DNA of 64,000 nucleotides from Lophium mytilinum (lineage: Eukaryota): positions 1,178,001-1,242,000 of the forward strand of contig MU004197.1 in NCBI GenBank assembly GCA_010093605.1, in the 5' to 3' direction. The notes under the pieces were generated by a model, which was not told the origin of the DNA, ran no database searches, and saw only the letters and a list, made by a program, of their open reading frames with translations. Below, one piece after another: positions 60,950 through 64,000 of the stretch. The translations under genes were made by a program, and so were the position numbers. Each line of letters begins with the position of its first letter. Position 1 is the first letter of the stretch.

Positions 60950-62600
60950 AGTCTTACTATTATTATTTATAGCCCTACTATTATCTATATACTTACTATT
61001 ATCTATAGCCTTTAATTCTACCCTAAATTAAGCTATTTCTAGCCTAAATTAACTGCTTTTTATCGCCTACCTTATTACCGCGATGCAATTAGCTAGTATT
61101 TCTAATATTAGTAATTAATTTAGCTATTAGAATAAGATCTAACTCCTTATCTATAATATAGCTATTAAGAAATAATAGGCTTCTTATATATATACTAGTA
61201 AGAATAGCCGCCTAGACCTCTACTACTATTTAATAGAGGATTATAACTAGCATCTCTATACTATAAGAAAGAAGAATAAAAAGTTAATTACTATAGTAAA
61301 GGTTAATAACCTCTACTATTATATTAAGGCTCTACTAGTCGCCCGGGCGCCTTATACTTATATTAAGTACCTGCTAGAGGTACTACCTTAATTTCTATAT
61401 ATTAATAGAGTAACGCTAATAGTAACTATCTAGTTTATAGTTATAATGTACTATAGAGGGCCTATTAAGAAGGCGTAGGCTTAAAAGGTCTAGAAGATTC
61501 TTACTAGTAAGAAGATAGTTACTATATAAGAGAACTACTAGAGAATTTCTAAGTTTCTCTAGCGCCTCTATAAGGCTAACCTAGGTATTATAATAGACCT
61601 TATAATATAGAGTAATATCTTTCTATATATTTTTATCTACTCTAAGAAGAGTAACCTCTTCTTTAGTAATAGTCTTAGATAGATAGAACTTAATAAAATG
61701 CACTAGCGGAATAGCTATAAAGGCGTTATTTTAATAGCTATTAGGCGTAACTAGAATAATAAGATCTATCTACTAGTATAGAGTATTATAGAGAATAAGA
61801 GTAATAAGATATAGGCGTAGTTCTATATAAATATAATTAGGGCTATAGTAGTTCTAAGGGCTAGCTAGTAGACTATCTACTTATAAGTATTATTTTCTTT
61901 TTTAAGAATATCCGTGCGTTTATTTATTATAGGAAGAACGCGCTAAACGCGTTAATTTTAGTAAGAAATTGCGCATTTATAAGCAAGTTTCTATTATAAT
62001 AAATAAGTATAGATATTAATAAAAATTATAATAGCCCCCTCTTAATTTCTATATACCTATTTATAATAGTATCTATACCTCTTAATTTCCTTCTATATAC
62101 TTCTTAATACTATAGTTAATTTCTACGCCTATTTTTATAGTCCCTATTAACTACGCTATTCTCTATAGTAGATTATTTAAAAATCTACCTACTTATACTA
62201 TTTTTTTTATAGTAATTATAATAAAGGCCTAATTAACGCTATTACTATCTACTTTCTAGCCTACTATACTATATACTATTACTAGCACCTTATAGAGAAT
62301 ATTAAGAAGGCCTATAGAGTTACTAGCTTACGCCTATTCTATATAGTTACTTAATATACTAATAATATATTATTTTAGTAGAATATAGCTAAAATAGCTA
62401 TTTATAGCCTAGGCGCTATAGCCTATATACTTACCTAGAACTCTAGAAAGTAGCTATTAAGAAACTACCCTACTAGGCGCTTTAGGTCTATTACTAGCGG
62501 CGTAAGTAAGTTCTAAAATAAGGTTATCTATAATAAGCGCTTAAAGTTAATACTCTTACTTATTAGCTTTATCTAGTACTAATATATTATAACTTATACT
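60950..62600 (+). mobile_element. RIP-degenerated Mutator-like (MULE) transposase relic; boundaries approximate
   Basis: Reversing TpA changes at 61680-61830 gives ELD.MH.RNGYKGVILMAIGRD.NN.IYPL.WSIVENES..TWAWF, a MULE core. A QHL.EN motif follows near 62280. Confidence 0.62.
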
Positions 62601-62819
62601 AAGTACTACACTAAGATTATAAAGCTTAGCACCTCTATCTAGCCCCTTTAATAGAGAAAATACAATGCAATTAAATTTATAGCACCTTAGAAATACAACC
62701 TAAGGAGTGCCCCTAGGGGCTACTTAAGGCCCTATAAACGTTTGCACGCAGTATTAGAGCTCTATAAGCTATGCTAGCGGCGTCGCGGTAGAATTATATA
62801 TTATAACCCCTATTATGCA

Positions 62820-62824
62820 GCATT

Positions 62825-62857
<33 letters not shown>

Positions 62858-62880
62858 ACTAATAATACTAATAATAACCC
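62820..62880. repeat. (TAA)n simple repeat
   Basis: Run of AAT/TAA units with TAC variants. Confidence 0.85.
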
Positions 62881-62899
62881 TAAAACTAAACCTACTAAC

Positions 62900-64000
62900 T
62901 AAAGACTAAGTAGAATATCTATGCTAATATCTAAGCGCTTATTAAAGAAGCCTATAGTATATAGGACTCTCTATAGAATAAGCCTATATCCTCTAACCCT
63001 AAGATAAATAACGCCCTTAAGCACCTCTAGAACTTCGCCGGGCGTATACTAGCTAGCCTCTTAGGTACTATAGAGGACCTATAATAAATGCTATAGAGAA
63101 AGATAATAAAGATAATAAAGAAAATATAGAAGGGCGTATAGGTGCTATCTATATAAGAAATAACCTATGCAGTAGTAATAGTAGTAGAAAGAAATAGTAA
63201 GACTATAGAAAATAGGGAGTATATAATATAGACTACCTATAAAATTACTATATATATTAAGAATAAGAAGGAACGCGCTGTAATAAATAAGGACTTAAAC
63301 GCAACTATTACCTATAAGCTCTAAGTAGTAGAAGAGCCTAATATAATAAAGATCTATAGTATTAGAAAGCTCTAGAGTAGAGATGTAAAGGCCTATATAC
63401 TAGACGTAACCGCTAAGAAAGCCCTATTAAAGAAGAAGGAATAGATAAAGGTCCTAGGTAAAATAGTATAAATCTAACTACCTAAGGTTCTTCTAGAGGT
63501 ATATAGAGTACCTAAAGAGATAGACCTAAAGGACCTAATACTATAAAGTAGCATTATATAAGATAATAAGGTACTATATCTAGGCCTAGCTATATATAAG
63601 ATTATATAGAAGCACCTAAATTAAATCTAGGCTATTAGAAATAACCCTAAACGGCGCGCCTTATTAGCTATAGTTACTATAGGCATAGAGGTAATAGTAA
63701 ATAAAATTATAGATAGCGGGCTAGTATAGAATAGATATATACTAGAGGCTGTAAAGTATAAGGTAGGCTTTATAGCTACCTAATGCTTCTAATACTAGGG
63801 CTATAGGCACGTCGCTAGACACTATAAGAAGAAGGCGGTATACGCAGCGTGCGCAGAAGCTTATAATATAAGATAATGCATAGAGAAGAGTATTAGGAAG
63901 TGCGCTAACTATAAGAGAAGCTACCTATTATATAGTGCGGCGTGCACTATAAGAAAGAATACTTAACTAAAAGCTAATATAAAGAGGTAGGTAGTACTAA
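62900..64000 (+). mobile_element. RIP-degenerated LINE (Tad1-like) ORF1/gag relic running off the window
   Basis: De-RIPped 63780-63960 reads approximately QCF.CQGYGHVARHC....VCAACAEAH....C......KCANC..SH, the three zinc knuckles typical of non-LTR ORF1. Confidence 0.7.

Larger units (their letters stand above)
60270..64000. repeat. AT-rich RIP-degenerated transposon block
   Basis: Abrupt GC drop, strong TpA excess, CpA/TpG depletion, no ORFs in the track. Confidence 0.92.

Overview
Filamentous ascomycete (Pezizomycotina-type) genomic DNA with short GT-AG introns. A gene-dense block (~5.5-60 kb) sits between two AT-rich repeat blocks with the signature of repeat-induced point mutation (RIP). 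The left block is a nearly complete Ty1/copia LTR retrotransposon (minus strand, 1-5489); the right block (~60270-64000) holds Mutator-like transposase and LINE ORF1 relics. The genic block has about 20 genes, mostly housekeeping: YPP1-like, RIX1, SUT1-like, NHX1, a GH6 cellulase, TRS33, malate dehydrogenase, HAP5/HapE, FCF2, PNP1, RSM10, RIT1, AOS1, SAC3, two Zn2Cys6 proteins, a CFEM protein and a DUF2841 protein. Two disrupted genes lie next to the copia element. Most notable observations: (1) a tRNA-Leu(CAA) gene with a normal anticodon-loop intron plus a 48-nt GTAAGC...CAG spliceosomal-type intron in the D-loop; (2) a 1.4-kb non-coding array of 13 fixed-geometry bipartite motifs at ~107-bp period; (3) a complete 658-bp TRIM-like mini LTR element with a target-site duplication; (4) tandem 3' splice acceptors that would give MDH a PTS1-like -TKL tail; (5) an in-frame RIT1-DUF6314-like fusion; (6) an intronic SNORD46/snR63-like snoRNA in FCF2. 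All family assignments come from recalled motifs; no database searches were run.
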